From NCBI GenBank assembly GCA_965198005.1, contig CBDAOI010000003.1:608001-672000 (forward strand): DNA of 64,000 nt, given 5' to 3'. Numbering within the stretch: position 1 is the stretch's first letter; each line of letters starts with the position of its first letter. This document shows, piece by piece, positions 9,294 through 18,848 of the stretch. The translations under genes and the position numbers were made by a program. Under the pieces are notes generated by a model. The model did not search any database and was not told where the DNA came from. It saw only the letters and a list, made by a program, of their open reading frames with translations. Origin of the DNA: Spirochaetia bacterium. Its GTDB lineage: Bacteria > Spirochaetota > Spirochaetia > SZUA-6 > Bin103.

Positions 9294-9735
9294 GTTTCTT
9301 CGTGACGTGGGTAGCGACCTCGCGTTGGAAACAGGGCTTTCGACGGAGACCCTGGGCCGGCGCATGAATATCGTCGGTGGGCCGTCGGAGGCGTGCTTTC
9401 CGAAGAACGTCGGGTTGTTGTTCTTCAACGAAGCGCCGCACCGCTTCTTTCCTGCAACCCAGATCGATGTGGTGTGGTTCCCCCTCGCGGCTATCGAGGA
9501 AGCCTTGGTGAACGCGATCTACCACCGCTCATACGAGGAGCGGGAGCCGGTGGAGGTACGCATCACGCCGCAGGAACTGACGATCTTGAGCTTTCCCGGC
9601 GCCGACCGGTCTATCCGCATGGAAGATCTGCAAACCGGGCGGGCGATCAGCCGCCGTTACCGGAACCGTCGCGTCGGCGAGTTTCTGAAGGAGCTCGACT
9701 TGGCCGAGGGACGGTCTACGGGCATTCCGAAGATC
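9292..9735 (+). pseudogene. Remnant of an ATP-binding/RecG-C-like (HATPase_c_4) regulator
   Basis: AIEEALVNAIYHRSYE, RRYRNRRVGEFLKELDLAEGRSTGIPKI; both termini missing. Confidence 0.7.
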
Positions 9736-10021
9736 CGCCTCGACCGCCTGTACGGCATCAACATGGAGGCGGGAATGGGAGACTACGAGTTGCACGGCGG
9801 CAACGCGCCCTATTCTCCGGCCGAGTACTACCAAGTGCGCAACGGCAGGATTCACAACGCGTTCACCGTGGACTACGACTATCGCACCAACATCCACCAC
9901 ACGCTCAAGAAGAAGCCTTGGTCTCAGGTCCGATGATCCTCGTCACGACCGGCTTGAGCCAGTCTCACACGATCCCGGCCGGCTCGACGATGCGCCGGGC
10001 ACCCGCGGCTGGCCGACGAAG

Positions 10022-10262
10022 TCAGCAAGGCCGGTCGCCGGCCAGGGTGACGCGGTGCATCACCGGCCGGAAGCCATCGTAGTCGTTGATCGGCAGGTGC
10101 TGGGTGCAGCGGTTGTCCCAGACCGCGAGGGAGCCTGGCTGCCAGCGGTAGCGGCAGGTGAACTCCGCCCGCACCTGGTGCTGGAACAGGTAGTCCAGCA
10201 GCGGCTGGCTTTCCCCTTCGCTCCAGCCCTTGAAGTGCGAGGTGTGCCCGCAGTTGACGTAC
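10022..10262 (-). pseudogene. TauD dioxygenase C-terminal remnant
   Basis: ESQPLLDYLFQH..FTCRYRWQPGSLAVWDNRCTQH..MHRVTLAGDRP. Confidence 0.8.
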
Positions 10263-10267
10263 GGCGC

Positions 10268-10378
10268 CTTGTAGGCCAGGACCGACTTGATCTCGTCGTT
10301 CTTGACCTCTTCATAGGTGCCGTCTTGTCGCAGCAAGCTTTCGTGTGTCGATCCCAGGTGCGGGTTCTTGTCAGGCAT
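10268..10378 (-). pseudogene. Truncated XRE-type antitoxin N-terminus fused in frame to the TauD remnant
   Basis: MPDKNPHLGST.E..L..DG.YEEV....IK.VLAY is typical of Gp49/RelE partner antitoxins; the HTH is missing. Confidence 0.65.
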
Positions 10379-10733
10379 GTCGCTGGTACTCCTTCATCCG
10401 ACGCTCGCCGAGTTTCAATTCCTTCAGTGGTGTCGCCTGGCTCTTCTTTATGAAGCCGTGCAACAGTTCTGGTCCGAGACGATGAAGGACACTCGGGAGC
10501 TTCGCCGGCTCTCAAGACGGCTGCGCACTTCGTAGAGACCGGGATAAGCGGACAGCGAGCGGCACAACGGAGCACCGCACGGCCAACCGAACTCGACTTT
10601 CATCAGATCCCCGCCTATACGCCTTTTGTCCTTCAAGGACTGGTCCATGAGCCACTCGCGAACGGGCTCTCGACCACCGGGTGACCGATAGAACCGAGAA
10701 CCGAGCCACAATAGCCTTGCCGTGTGGCTTCAT
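10371..10733 (-). pseudogene. Gp49/RelE-like toxin with two frameshifts
   Basis: MKPHGKAIVARF / YRSPGGREPVREWL..LYEVRS / LLHGFIKKSQATP; the first shift is a 7-bp tandem duplication gaaccga at 10691-10704. Confidence 0.75.
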
Positions 10734-10742
10734 TCCGGGAAT

Positions 10743-10758
10743 GTACCATACTTGGTAC
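10743..10758. promoter_or_regulatory. Putative TA operator GTACCA-N4-TGGTAC
   Basis: Inverted repeat about 10 bp upstream of the toxin ATG. Confidence 0.55.
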
Positions 10759-11239
10759 TGCGCTTCCACTCCGCGAACCGTCACCGAGCGTCAGTGTCCG
10801 GCTGGGTTCCTACACCTGCCCCGGCGTCGCCATACGGTAGCCAAGGCGGCATCATCCAGACCAACGTGGGCCTGGACGGCACCCTGGGCGGCGCGGTGGG
10901 CCGCGACGCTCAACGCGCTGCTCGGCCGTGCGCCCGCCAACCTCCATGTCGGCATGGCGTTCCGGGAGCCGCCGCCCGGGCTGGAGATGGCGATGTTCGC
11001 GCTCGAAGGGCGCGGGGTGACGGTGTGGATGGCGCTGGGTATGCTGAGAGAGATCAGCGACGACGTGTGCTCAGTCCCGACACGCTGCACGAGTTTCGGC
11101 CGGACAACCAGAACCTGAGACGGGCCATCGACGTGTTGCCAAGGGCCGGATTCACCATCAGCGCTCGTGGGCGGCTGTCGATCTCAATACGCGGCAAGGA
11201 TTGTCCGGGCTTGCTTCCCCGCCCGCCGTCCACGCGTGT

Positions 11240-11257
11240 ATTATATACGGGTATAAT
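11240..11257 (+). promoter_or_regulatory. pemIK promoter/operator ATTATA-N6-TATAAT
   Basis: Inverted repeat containing a consensus -10 TATAAT, followed by a GGAGG RBS. Confidence 0.65.
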
Positions 11258-11270
11258 GTTGGAGGAGCGA

Positions 11271-11528
11271 ATGCACACCACCAATCTTCGCAAGGTCGGC
11301 GGCTCCGTCATGCTCGCGGTACCCCCGGCGCTGCTTGATGTCCTGGAACTTCGGGCCGGCGCCAAGGTGGACATCGGGATCGAGAAGGGCCGCCTGATCA
11401 TCGCGCCGAGAACGCGGCCTAACTACACCCTCGACGAACTCCTCGCGCAGTGCGACGAGACCGCACCCGCCGACCACGGCGATCGGGCCTGGCTTGAGGC
11501 CAAGCCGGTCGGCAACGAGCTGCTGTAG
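11271..11528 (+). CDS. pemI: PemI/MazE (AbrB-fold) antitoxin
   Basis: MHTTNLRKVGGSVMLAVPPALL..YTLDELLAQCD. Confidence 0.9.
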   Translation: MHTTNLRKVGGSVMLAVPPALLDVLELRAGAKVDIGIEKGRLIIAPRTRPNYTLDELLAQCDETAPADHGDRAWLEAKPVGNELL

Positions 11529-11860
11529 TGCAGCGGGGCGAGATCTGGCTGGTCAGCCTCGACCCCACCGCCGGCCATGAGCAACAAGGGATCCGGCCGG
11601 TCGTGATCGTCTCCCCCGCTTCCTTCAATGAACTCACCGGGACCCCCGTCGTCCTGCCCATCACCACCGGCGGGCGCTTCGCGCACCGTCGCGGGTTCGC
11701 GGTATCGCTTGATGATGCAGGGACCCGAACCGTCGGCGTGATCCGCTGTGACCAGCCTCGCGCCCTCGATCTCGCTGCCCGGAACGGGCGGCGTCTCGAA
11801 ACGGTCCCGGAGGCGATCATGCACGAGGTGCACGCCCGCCTCGCTGCTATCCTGGCGTAA
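11528..11860 (+). CDS. pemK: PemK/MazF endoribonuclease toxin
   Basis: RGEIWLVSLDPTAGHEQQG.RPVVIVSP..FN..PITTGG..RCDQPR. Confidence 0.92.
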   Translation: MQRGEIWLVSLDPTAGHEQQGIRPVVIVSPASFNELTGTPVVLPITTGGRFAHRRGFAVSLDDAGTRTVGVIRCDQPRALDLAARNGRRLETVPEAIMHEVHARLAAILA

Positions 11861-12389
11861 TCGAAGATACGCGCTTTGATCGTAGTATTGTGGACGTTCG
11901 GCTTCGGGAAGGCCATGTCAAGACCCGCCTACAGAGGCCAGCCTGATGCCGAATGGAAGTTGCTTTCAGGGGCTGTCAACCGCCTGCAGTGGGCATATGG
12001 CGATTCTGTCCTGCACGACGATAACCGTCTAAGGAAGTTGGTTTCGGAGTACCACAGTGACCTGATCAGTTCCATGGAAGTTCTCGACGGGGAGCGCAAC
12101 CTACGGCGAGATGATCTACGGCGCGGCCCAGCGAAAATCCACCACCCTTGCGGACCGTATTCGCGCCATGCTCCTCCATGCGGTCACGATCGTGCCGTTC
12201 GACGACGCTGCAGCCGAAGGGTGAGGAGCACGAACTGAGCATTGCGCACCGCGAAGTCGGTTATTGCCCGGAACGTCGACTGTTCGTAACTGGCCGTAGC
12301 GCCATGCACTGTTATTTCGAAGTCGCTGAACTCCAACGTGAACACCGCGTGCACGACCTTGCGAGCATCACTCATTTCGAACGAGTAGC

Positions 12390-12650
12390 TCACCCGGCAT
12401 CCCTCAGGTGATCACGCAGCGGTTGGAGTGCCTCGAAGCTCCGAAAGTCCCCTGCGTCGATGTCGGCGATGCCGGCGGCAGCGGCCTCGCGCAGCGCGCG
12501 AAGACGCGCCTCGTGCTCGGCTTCCTGCCACTCGACAAGCCGGATACCCTCACGCAAGACCTCGCTGGCGTTCTGGTACCGGCCGGACACAACCAGTCGC
12601 TCGACGAGCCGAGCTTGATGATCGGTCAGGACAACGTTGCGCGCAGGCAT
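12390..12650 (-). CDS. ParD-family (RHH) antitoxin
   Basis: RNVVLTDHQ..LV.SGRYQNASEVLREGIRL; no recognisable ParE downstream. Confidence 0.85.
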   Translation of the reverse strand: MPARNVVLTDHQARLVERLVVSGRYQNASEVLREGIRLVEWQEAEHEARLRALREAAAAGIADIDAGDFRSFEALQPLRDHLRDAG

Positions 12651-12668
12651 GATTTCCCGTGCTCCTTA

Positions 12669-12683
12669 TGGCATAGTATGCCA
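12669..12683. promoter_or_regulatory. Putative ParD operator TGGCAT-N3-ATGCCA
   Basis: Inverted repeat just upstream of the parD start. Confidence 0.55.
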
Positions 12684-13013
12684 AGGATACCCCGGTACGC
12701 AAGGACTGCCGGGAGCAGCGGCGATCAGTAGTTGGCGGTCTCGGGCGGGCCGAGGTCGGTTGCAACGCCGACCAGCTCCACCAGGGCGTCGCACGCCAGC
12801 CCGCGGGCCGTTGCTGCTGAAGGCGCTGCGTCGTTGATGGCCACCGTTACCGCCGGGGCGATCGCGAAGATGGGCAGCGCCACCGCCTCCGCCGTCCAGC
12901 TCGCCTCCCTGCTCGCCTGACGTGGGGATCAGCCGTCCCCATCTGCGGGACTGCGGGAGGGGCCGCAGGTGTACGGCGGCGGGCGGCGATGCTATCCTCC
13001 AGGCGACGGGTGT

Positions 13014-13640
13014 ATGCACGGTATGAAGGACAACGACGGACCTGACACGCTTCGCCGCATAGTCATTTTCCTGGACATCGATGGCGTTCTGCAGCGCCCT
13101 TCGAAACAAACGCGGTTCAAGCATGATCTGGAGGAGCTGCGCCGCTCTCTGGCTGACAGGTTTGACGATGCGACCTATCTGAGCATGGACAAGTACGATC
13201 TTGGGGCGGTCTACTACGACTGGGACAGCGAAGCGGTCGAACGGCTGCGCGGGCTGTGCGCAGACTTCGGCGCCGGTATCGTGATCAGCTCGGATTGGCG
13301 CAGAAGCAACTCCACGCGTTGGCTCCGGGCGTTGTTTCGCCTACACGATCTGCATCACTACGTGACCGATGCGACGCACGAGACCGGCGGGCCGCCGCAC
13401 TACCGGGCGGGAGAGGTGAAGGAGTACGTGCAGTCGCATCCGGAGATCGAGCGGTTCGTGATCATCGACGATGGCTTCAGGGAAGAGTTCGATGAGCTGT
13501 TTCCCGAGCAATTCGTGCACACCGACTACCGCCTGGAGGCCGACCACGAGCAGCGCGCGCGGCAGATTCTGTCGGGTCTGCCGGCGCAGCCGAACCGGGC
13601 GTTGCCGAAGTATGGGCCTGTGCCGTCAGGGTTGTTCTGA
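13014..13640 (+). CDS. HAD-domain protein (Swiss-Army-Knife RNA-repair-like HAD)
   Basis: IFLDIDGVL, IVISSDWR, FVIIDD; start could be 13023. Confidence 0.75.
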   Translation: MHGMKDNDGPDTLRRIVIFLDIDGVLQRPSKQTRFKHDLEELRRSLADRFDDATYLSMDKYDLGAVYYDWDSEAVERLRGLCADFGAGIVISSDWRRSNSTRWLRALFRLHDLHHYVTDATHETGGPPHYRAGEVKEYVQSHPEIERFVIIDDGFREEFDELFPEQFVHTDYRLEADHEQRARQILSGLPAQPNRALPKYGPVPSGLF

Positions 13641-13670
13641 GGGCGAGGACGTGGCACGTCCGGTGGTCGC

Positions 13671-14705
13671 TCACGGCGCCAAGGCGGCCAGGATCAGGGC
13701 CAGCTCGGCCATGCGGTGGCTGAAGCCCATCTCGTTGTCGTAGAAGCTGGTGAGCTTGACCAGGGAGCTGGAGTCATCCACCGGCACCACCAGCGGACTG
13801 TCCGACACCATCGACGAGAACGGCTCGCCGACGCAGTCGCGGGAGCATTCGTAGTAGTCGTTGACCGTGATCACCTGGCCGAGCGGGGTGGAGGCGTTGA
13901 TCCGCTCGGCGTTGGCGACCAGGGCGGCCACCAGTTGCTCGCGCGAGGGGGTGCCCTCGATCTGGTAGACCGCTTCCACCACGCTGCCGGTGTCGGTGGG
14001 GACGCGCAACGCGGTGCCGTTGAGCTTGCCGTTGAGGTGGGGCAGCACCTTGCCCACCGCGACCGCGGCGCCGGTGCTGGCCGGGATCACGTTGTTGAGG
14101 GTGGCGCGGTTCTTGCCGCCGCCGAAGGTGTCGGCCACCTTCTGGGTAGCGGTGGCGGCGTGGGTGGTGCTCATCAGCCCGGCCTTGACCGGGAAGCTCA
14201 GGTCCACCGCCCTGGTCATCGGCGCCAGGCAGTTGGTGGTGCAGCTCGCGTTGGACACGATCCGGGTGTCGGGGTGGATGGTGTCGTGGTTCACCCCCAC
14301 CACCACCGTGGCGGTGGCGTCCGTGCACGGCGCCGAGACGATCACCCGACCGGCGCCGCCCGCGAGGTGGGCGCCGGCCCGCTCGGTGCTCAGGTAGAAG
14401 CCGGTGCACTCGAACACCACGTCCACGTCGTGGTCGCCCCAGGGGACGTTGGCGGCGTCCTGCTCGGCGTAGATCGTCAGCTCGTGGTCGCCGACGCGGA
14501 GCCGGTCGCCGGCGGTCTGCGCCACGGGCGCGGGAAAACGGCCGTAGACCGAGTCCTTGGGCAGGCTGGCGGCGATGTCGGCGGCGGGGACCAGATCGTT
14601 GCCGGCGACGATCGCGAAGCGGTCGTTCAGTTTCTCGACGATGACCCGCATCACGTTCTTGCCGATGCGGCCCATGCCGTTGAACCCAACGCGGACAGTA
14701 CTCAT
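13671..14705 (-). CDS. gap: Type I glyceraldehyde-3-phosphate dehydrogenase
   Basis: NGMGRIG, FECTG, SNASCTTNCLAP, IPASTGAA, FYDNEMGF. Confidence 0.92.
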   Translation of the reverse strand: MSTVRVGFNGMGRIGKNVMRVIVEKLNDRFAIVAGNDLVPAADIAASLPKDSVYGRFPAPVAQTAGDRLRVGDHELTIYAEQDAANVPWGDHDVDVVFECTGFYLSTERAGAHLAGGAGRVIVSAPCTDATATVVVGVNHDTIHPDTRIVSNASCTTNCLAPMTRAVDLSFPVKAGLMSTTHAATATQKVADTFGGGKNRATLNNVIPASTGAAVAVGKVLPHLNGKLNGTALRVPTDTGSVVEAVYQIEGTPSREQLVAALVANAERINASTPLGQVITVNDYYECSRDCVGEPFSSMVSDSPLVVPVDDSSSLVKLTSFYDNEMGFSHRMAELALILAALAP

Positions 14706-14785
14706 GACCTGCAATATAATCTGGCACGGTTGGCGCTGTCAGGCGGTGAGAACGACACTATGCTGACGGTCAGGTCGGGCATACT

Positions 14786-16303
14786 GTGAGCGCGTTCGTG
14801 TTGGCCCTCGATCAGGGCACCACCAGCTCCCGGGCGCTGCTGTTCGATGCGGACGGCGGCGTCGTGTCCCAGGCGCAACGGGAGTTCACCCAGCATTTCC
14901 CGCGGCCCGGATGGGTCGAGCACGACCCCGCCGAGATTCTGAGCAGCCAGGTCGCCGTGGCCCGCGAGGCGGTGGCGGCCGCCGGTGTGGCCGCCGCCGA
15001 CGTGGCCGCGGTCGGGATCGCCAACCAGCGCGAAACCACCATCGTCTGGGACCGCGGCCGCGGCGAGCCGGTGTACAACGCCATCGTCTGGCAGGATCGC
15101 CGGACCAGTCCGCTGGTGGACCGGCTGGTGGCGGCCGGCTACGCCGACCTGTTCCGCAGCCGCGCCGGACTGGAGCTGGACGCCTACTTTTCCGGCACCA
15201 AGCTGGCGTGGATTCTGGACCGCGTCCCCGACGGCCGGGCGCGCGCGGCGGCCGGCGAGCTGGCGTTCGGGACGGTGGATAGCTGGCTGGTCTACCGGCT
15301 CAGCGGCGGCGCGCTGCACGTTACCGACGCCACCAACGCCAGCCGCACCCTGCTGTACGACATCCATCGCGGCGTGTGGGACGAGGAGCTGCTGGCCGCC
15401 CTGGAGGTGCCGGCGGCGGTGCTGCCCGAGGTGCGCGACTCGGCCGCGGTCTACGGCGAGGCGGTCGGCCTGCTGGACCGGCCGGTGCCGCTGGCCGGCA
15501 TCGCGGGCGACCAGCAGGCCGCCGCGGTGGGGCAGGCGCTGTTCGCGCCCGGATTGGCCAAGAACACGTACGGCACCGGCTGCTTCCTGCTGGTCCACAC
15601 CGGCGAGGCGGCGCCCCGCTCGCGCCACCGGCTGCTGACCACGGTCGCGTCGCAGCTCGCCGGCCGGCGGGAATACGCGCTCGAAGGCAGCGTGTTCATC
15701 GGCGGCGCCGTGGTGCAGTGGCTGCGGGACGGGCTCGGCCTGATCGCGGGCGCCGGCGAGGTGGAAGCGCTGGCCGCCTCGGTGCCGGATACCGGCGGCG
15801 TGTACCTGGTGCCGGCGTTTGCCGGCCTGGGGGCGCCCTACTGGGACCAGAACGCGCGCGGCACGATCAGCGGCCTGACGCGCGGCACCACCGGCGCACA
15901 TCTGGCGCGGGCGGCGCTGGAGGCGATCGCGCTGCAGGTGGCGGACGTGACGCGCGCCATGGAGCAGGACCTGGGCGCCCCGCTGCGCGAGCTGCGGGTC
16001 GACGGCGGAGCGGCGGGCAACGACCTGCTGCTGCAGCTCCAGGCCGACCTGCTGGACCTCCCGGTGGTGCGGCCGCGCAACCTGGAGACCACCGCCTGGG
16101 GTGCGGCGCTGCTGGCCGGACTGGCGGTCGGAGTGTGGCCGGACCGCTCCGCCGCGGCCCAGCTCTGGCAGGCTGAGCGCCGCTTCGAACCGCGCATGGG
16201 CGCGCGCGAGCGCGAGCGCACGTTGTCCGGCTGGGCGGAGGCGGTGGCCCGCAGTCGCAGCCGTACCGAAGCCCCGGCCCCGCCCCCGGCCCCGGCCCCG
16301 TGA
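14786..16303 (+). CDS. glpK: Glycerol kinase
   Basis: [40 protein letters not shown]. Confidence 0.96.
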   Translation: MSAFVLALDQGTTSSRALLFDADGGVVSQAQREFTQHFPRPGWVEHDPAEILSSQVAVAREAVAAAGVAAADVAAVGIANQRETTIVWDRGRGEPVYNAIVWQDRRTSPLVDRLVAAGYADLFRSRAGLELDAYFSGTKLAWILDRVPDGRARAAAGELAFGTVDSWLVYRLSGGALHVTDATNASRTLLYDIHRGVWDEELLAALEVPAAVLPEVRDSAAVYGEAVGLLDRPVPLAGIAGDQQAAAVGQALFAPGLAKNTYGTGCFLLVHTGEAAPRSRHRLLTTVASQLAGRREYALEGSVFIGGAVVQWLRDGLGLIAGAGEVEALAASVPDTGGVYLVPAFAGLGAPYWDQNARGTISGLTRGTTGAHLARAALEAIALQVADVTRAMEQDLGAPLRELRVDGGAAGNDLLLQLQADLLDLPVVRPRNLETTAWGAALLAGLAVGVWPDRSAAAQLWQAERRFEPRMGARERERTLSGWAEAVARSRSRTEAPAPPPAPAP

Positions 16304-18003
16304 ACCGTTCCGAACAGCTCCGACGGCTGGCTGAAGAATACTTCGATCTGCTGGTGATCGGCGGCGGGGCCACCGGTTGCGGCTGTGCCCTGGACGCCGC
16401 CACGCGCGGCCTGCGGGTGGCGCTGGTCGAGCGCGGCGACTTTGCCGGCGGCACCAGCAGCCGCAGCACCAAGCTGGTGCACGGCGGCGTGCGCTACCTG
16501 GAGCAGGCGATCAAGCGCGTCGATCGCACCCAGTTTCGGCTGGTGCGCGAGGCGCTGCGCGAGCGGGCGGCGTTGCTGGAGCTGGCTCCCCACTTGGTGC
16601 GCCAGCTCGCCATCTTCGTCCCGCTGTATCAGCTCAGTGAACTGCCCTATTACCGGATCGGCCTGAACATCTACGACCGGCTGGCGGGCAAGTACGCGAT
16701 GCGCCGCTCCGAGTTCGTCCCGCGGGCGGAGGCGGCTACCCGGTTTCCGCACCTGCGCGAACGGATTGTCGGTGAGGAATCGGCGCGCCAGTTGCACGGC
16801 GGCGTGATCTATTACGACGGCCAGTTCGATGACGCGCGCATGAATCTGGCGCTGGCGCTGACCGCGGTCGAACAGGGGGCGGCGGCGGCCAACTACGTCG
16901 AGGTGGTGCGGTTGCGCAAGAGTCGCGCCGGCAGCATAACCGGCGCCGACGTCCGCGACTGTCTGTCGGGTGCCGCCTGGGGCATCCGGGCGCGCATGGT
17001 GATCAACGCGGCCGGCCCGTTCGTCGACGCCGTGCGCCGGCTGGACGAGGCGGGCGGGGAGCCGCTGCTGCAGGTGAGCGCCGGCAGTCACGTGGTGCTG
17101 GGGCCGCGCTTCCCCGCCCCCGAGACCGGGTTTCTCATTCCCCGTACCGAGGACGGCCGGGTGATCTTCGTGCTGCCGTGGCACCGCCACCTCCTGGCCG
17201 GCACCACGGAGGTTGCCGCGAGCGTGAGCGCGGACCCCCTCCCGGCGCCGCAGGAGGTCGCGTATCTGGTGAACCACCTGCGCAGCTACCTCAACATGCA
17301 GGTCGAGCCGGCGGACGTGGCCGCAGCCTGGTCGGGGCTGCGCCCGCTGATCGCCCGGCCGCCGCAGCGGGTGGCCGGCGGCCGGCGGCGCACGCGGGGA
17401 ACCGCCTCGCTGACGCGCGACCATCTGCTGACGATCAGCGACTCCGGGTTGCTGACCGTGGCCGGCGGCAAGTGGACGACCTACCGGGTGATGGCCGTGC
17501 ACGCCATAAACCGGGCAGTGGAGGCGGCCGGGCTCACTCCGCGCAGCGCGTCCCGGACGCGCCAGACGCCGCTGGTGGGAGGCGCCGGGTTCCGGCCCGA
17601 CGGCGCGCTGCTGCAGGGCACCTACGGGTTGGCCGCTGACGTAGCCGCGCACCTGGAGCGGGCGTACGGGGACCGTGCGGCCGAGGTCGCGACGCTGGCC
17701 GGCGCCGGCTACGGCGCCCGCTTGGCCGCGCGCCATCCCTACGTGGAGGCGGAGGTGGTGTTCGGCGCCCGCCGGGAGGCGGCGTGCACGGTCGAGGACG
17801 TGGTTGCGCGGCGGACGCGCCTGGCGTTCGTGGATACGCGGGCGGCGCTGGCCAGCGTGCCGCGCGTAGCCGCGCTGCTGGCGCAGCAACTCGGTTGGAG
17901 TGAAGCGCGCCGGCAGGAGCAGGAACGCACGGCGGCTGCCAAGTTGAAGATTGCGGTCGCGGTCGCGGCCGGTCAGACCGCGAAAGGCAACGGCGAACCG
18001 TAA
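16300..18003 (+). CDS. glpD: FAD-dependent glycerol-3-phosphate dehydrogenase
   Basis: [40 protein letters not shown]. Confidence 0.95.
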   Translation: MNRSEQLRRLAEEYFDLLVIGGGATGCGCALDAATRGLRVALVERGDFAGGTSSRSTKLVHGGVRYLEQAIKRVDRTQFRLVREALRERAALLELAPHLVRQLAIFVPLYQLSELPYYRIGLNIYDRLAGKYAMRRSEFVPRAEAATRFPHLRERIVGEESARQLHGGVIYYDGQFDDARMNLALALTAVEQGAAAANYVEVVRLRKSRAGSITGADVRDCLSGAAWGIRARMVINAAGPFVDAVRRLDEAGGEPLLQVSAGSHVVLGPRFPAPETGFLIPRTEDGRVIFVLPWHRHLLAGTTEVAASVSADPLPAPQEVAYLVNHLRSYLNMQVEPADVAAAWSGLRPLIARPPQRVAGGRRRTRGTASLTRDHLLTISDSGLLTVAGGKWTTYRVMAVHAINRAVEAAGLTPRSASRTRQTPLVGGAGFRPDGALLQGTYGLAADVAAHLERAYGDRAAEVATLAGAGYGARLAARHPYVEAEVVFGARREAACTVEDVVARRTRLAFVDTRAALASVPRVAALLAQQLGWSEARRQEQERTAAAKLKIAVAVAAGQTAKGNGEP

Positions 18004-18051
18004 CCGCTGACGTTTGACGAGAAAGCAACAGGAGAAACAAGAAAGGCCCAC

Positions 18052-18092
18052 AAAAAAGGCCCCTGGGTAAAGGAGGTGAAACCCCAGGGGCC
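18052..18092 (-). terminator. Rho-independent terminator
   Basis: Perfect 10-bp stem ggcccctggg/cccaggggcc followed by T6 on the minus strand. Confidence 0.8.
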
Positions 18093-18159
18093 GGTGGATG
18101 GCACTTATATACACCTGGGGCAGGTCGACACCAGCGTGTCGAATATTCCCCCCCAGCCT
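18052..18159 (-). ncRNA. Candidate ~108-nt small RNA with two hairpins and an anti-SD terminator loop
   Basis: Extended -10 upstream; hairpin CUGGGG..UCGACAC-GCUG-GUGUCGA..CCCCAG; then a 10-bp stem with loop GUUUCACCUCCUUUA and U6. Confidence 0.6.
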
Positions 18160-18165
18160 GTATTA

Positions 18166-18174
18166 AGTATAACA
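18166..18174 (-). promoter_or_regulatory. Extended -10 promoter TGTTATACT
   Basis: TGn-TATACT in an AT-rich patch, about 6 nt upstream of the structured RNA. Confidence 0.55.
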
Positions 18175-18305
18175 ACTCTTTCGTGTCCCTGGTTACATTC
18201 CCGCGGATGATTGAACATGAGGTCCTGTTTTGAACGGCGTAGCGGCCACCGCGTGCAGGGCCACCCCGTTGAGCGGGAGTCGCGCGCCCGATAGGGTGGG
18301 CACGT

Positions 18306-18767
18306 ATGCAGCGTAAGCGAGTGTATCTGGCCAGTCCGTACGGCTTCTCGGCGCAACAGCGGGCACTGCTGCTGCCGCAGTTCGTGGCCACCCTCGAGCA
18401 GTTGGGGGCGGAGGTGTGGGAGCCGTTCGCACGCAACAATCAGACCGACCGCGCCACGCCGGGGTGGGCGTACGAAATCGCCCAGCGCGATCTGGCGGAC
18501 GTACGCGCCTGCGACGGCATGTTCGCCATTGTCAACGGCACGCCTCCGGACGAGGGGGTGATGGTGGAACTGGGAGTCGCGATCGAGCGGCGCATCCCGA
18601 CGTTTCTGTTTCGCGACGACTTCCGGCGCTGCACCGACAGTGAGCGCTACCCGCTCAACCTGATGCTGTTTGCCGGGCTGCCGGAGGACGGGTGGGAAGC
18701 GTACTACTACGAGTCGCTGGAAGATCTGCCCCGCCGGGACAAGGCGCTGGCCCGCTGGCTGCGGTGA
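18306..18767 (+). CDS. Nucleoside 2-deoxyribosyltransferase family protein
   Basis: VYLASPYGFS, PDEGVMVELGVA, NLML. Confidence 0.85.
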   Translation: MQRKRVYLASPYGFSAQQRALLLPQFVATLEQLGAEVWEPFARNNQTDRATPGWAYEIAQRDLADVRACDGMFAIVNGTPPDEGVMVELGVAIERRIPTFLFRDDFRRCTDSERYPLNLMLFAGLPEDGWEAYYYESLEDLPRRDKALARWLR

Positions 18768-18848
18768 TCTGCAGCCGGGCCGCACGACCGGCAACGGGGC
18801 GCGCGGCCGTACGCGCGTGCGCGCGCGCCTGCCCGGGCGGGTAAGCGC

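Noticed and set aside
12184-12393. ParE toxin downstream of parD
   Set aside because: The 69-aa ORF lacks RelE/ParE features; it is probably a scrap
7700-13000. Integron cassette array
   Set aside because: No recurring attC-like RYYYAAC/GTTRRRY sites seen, genes lie on both strands, and there is no integrase
18068-18166. Plus-strand small peptide (MALIYTWG...) using AAGGAGGTGA as its RBS
   Set aside because: SD-to-ATG spacing is about 20 nt, and the promoter and terminator polarity point to the minus strand
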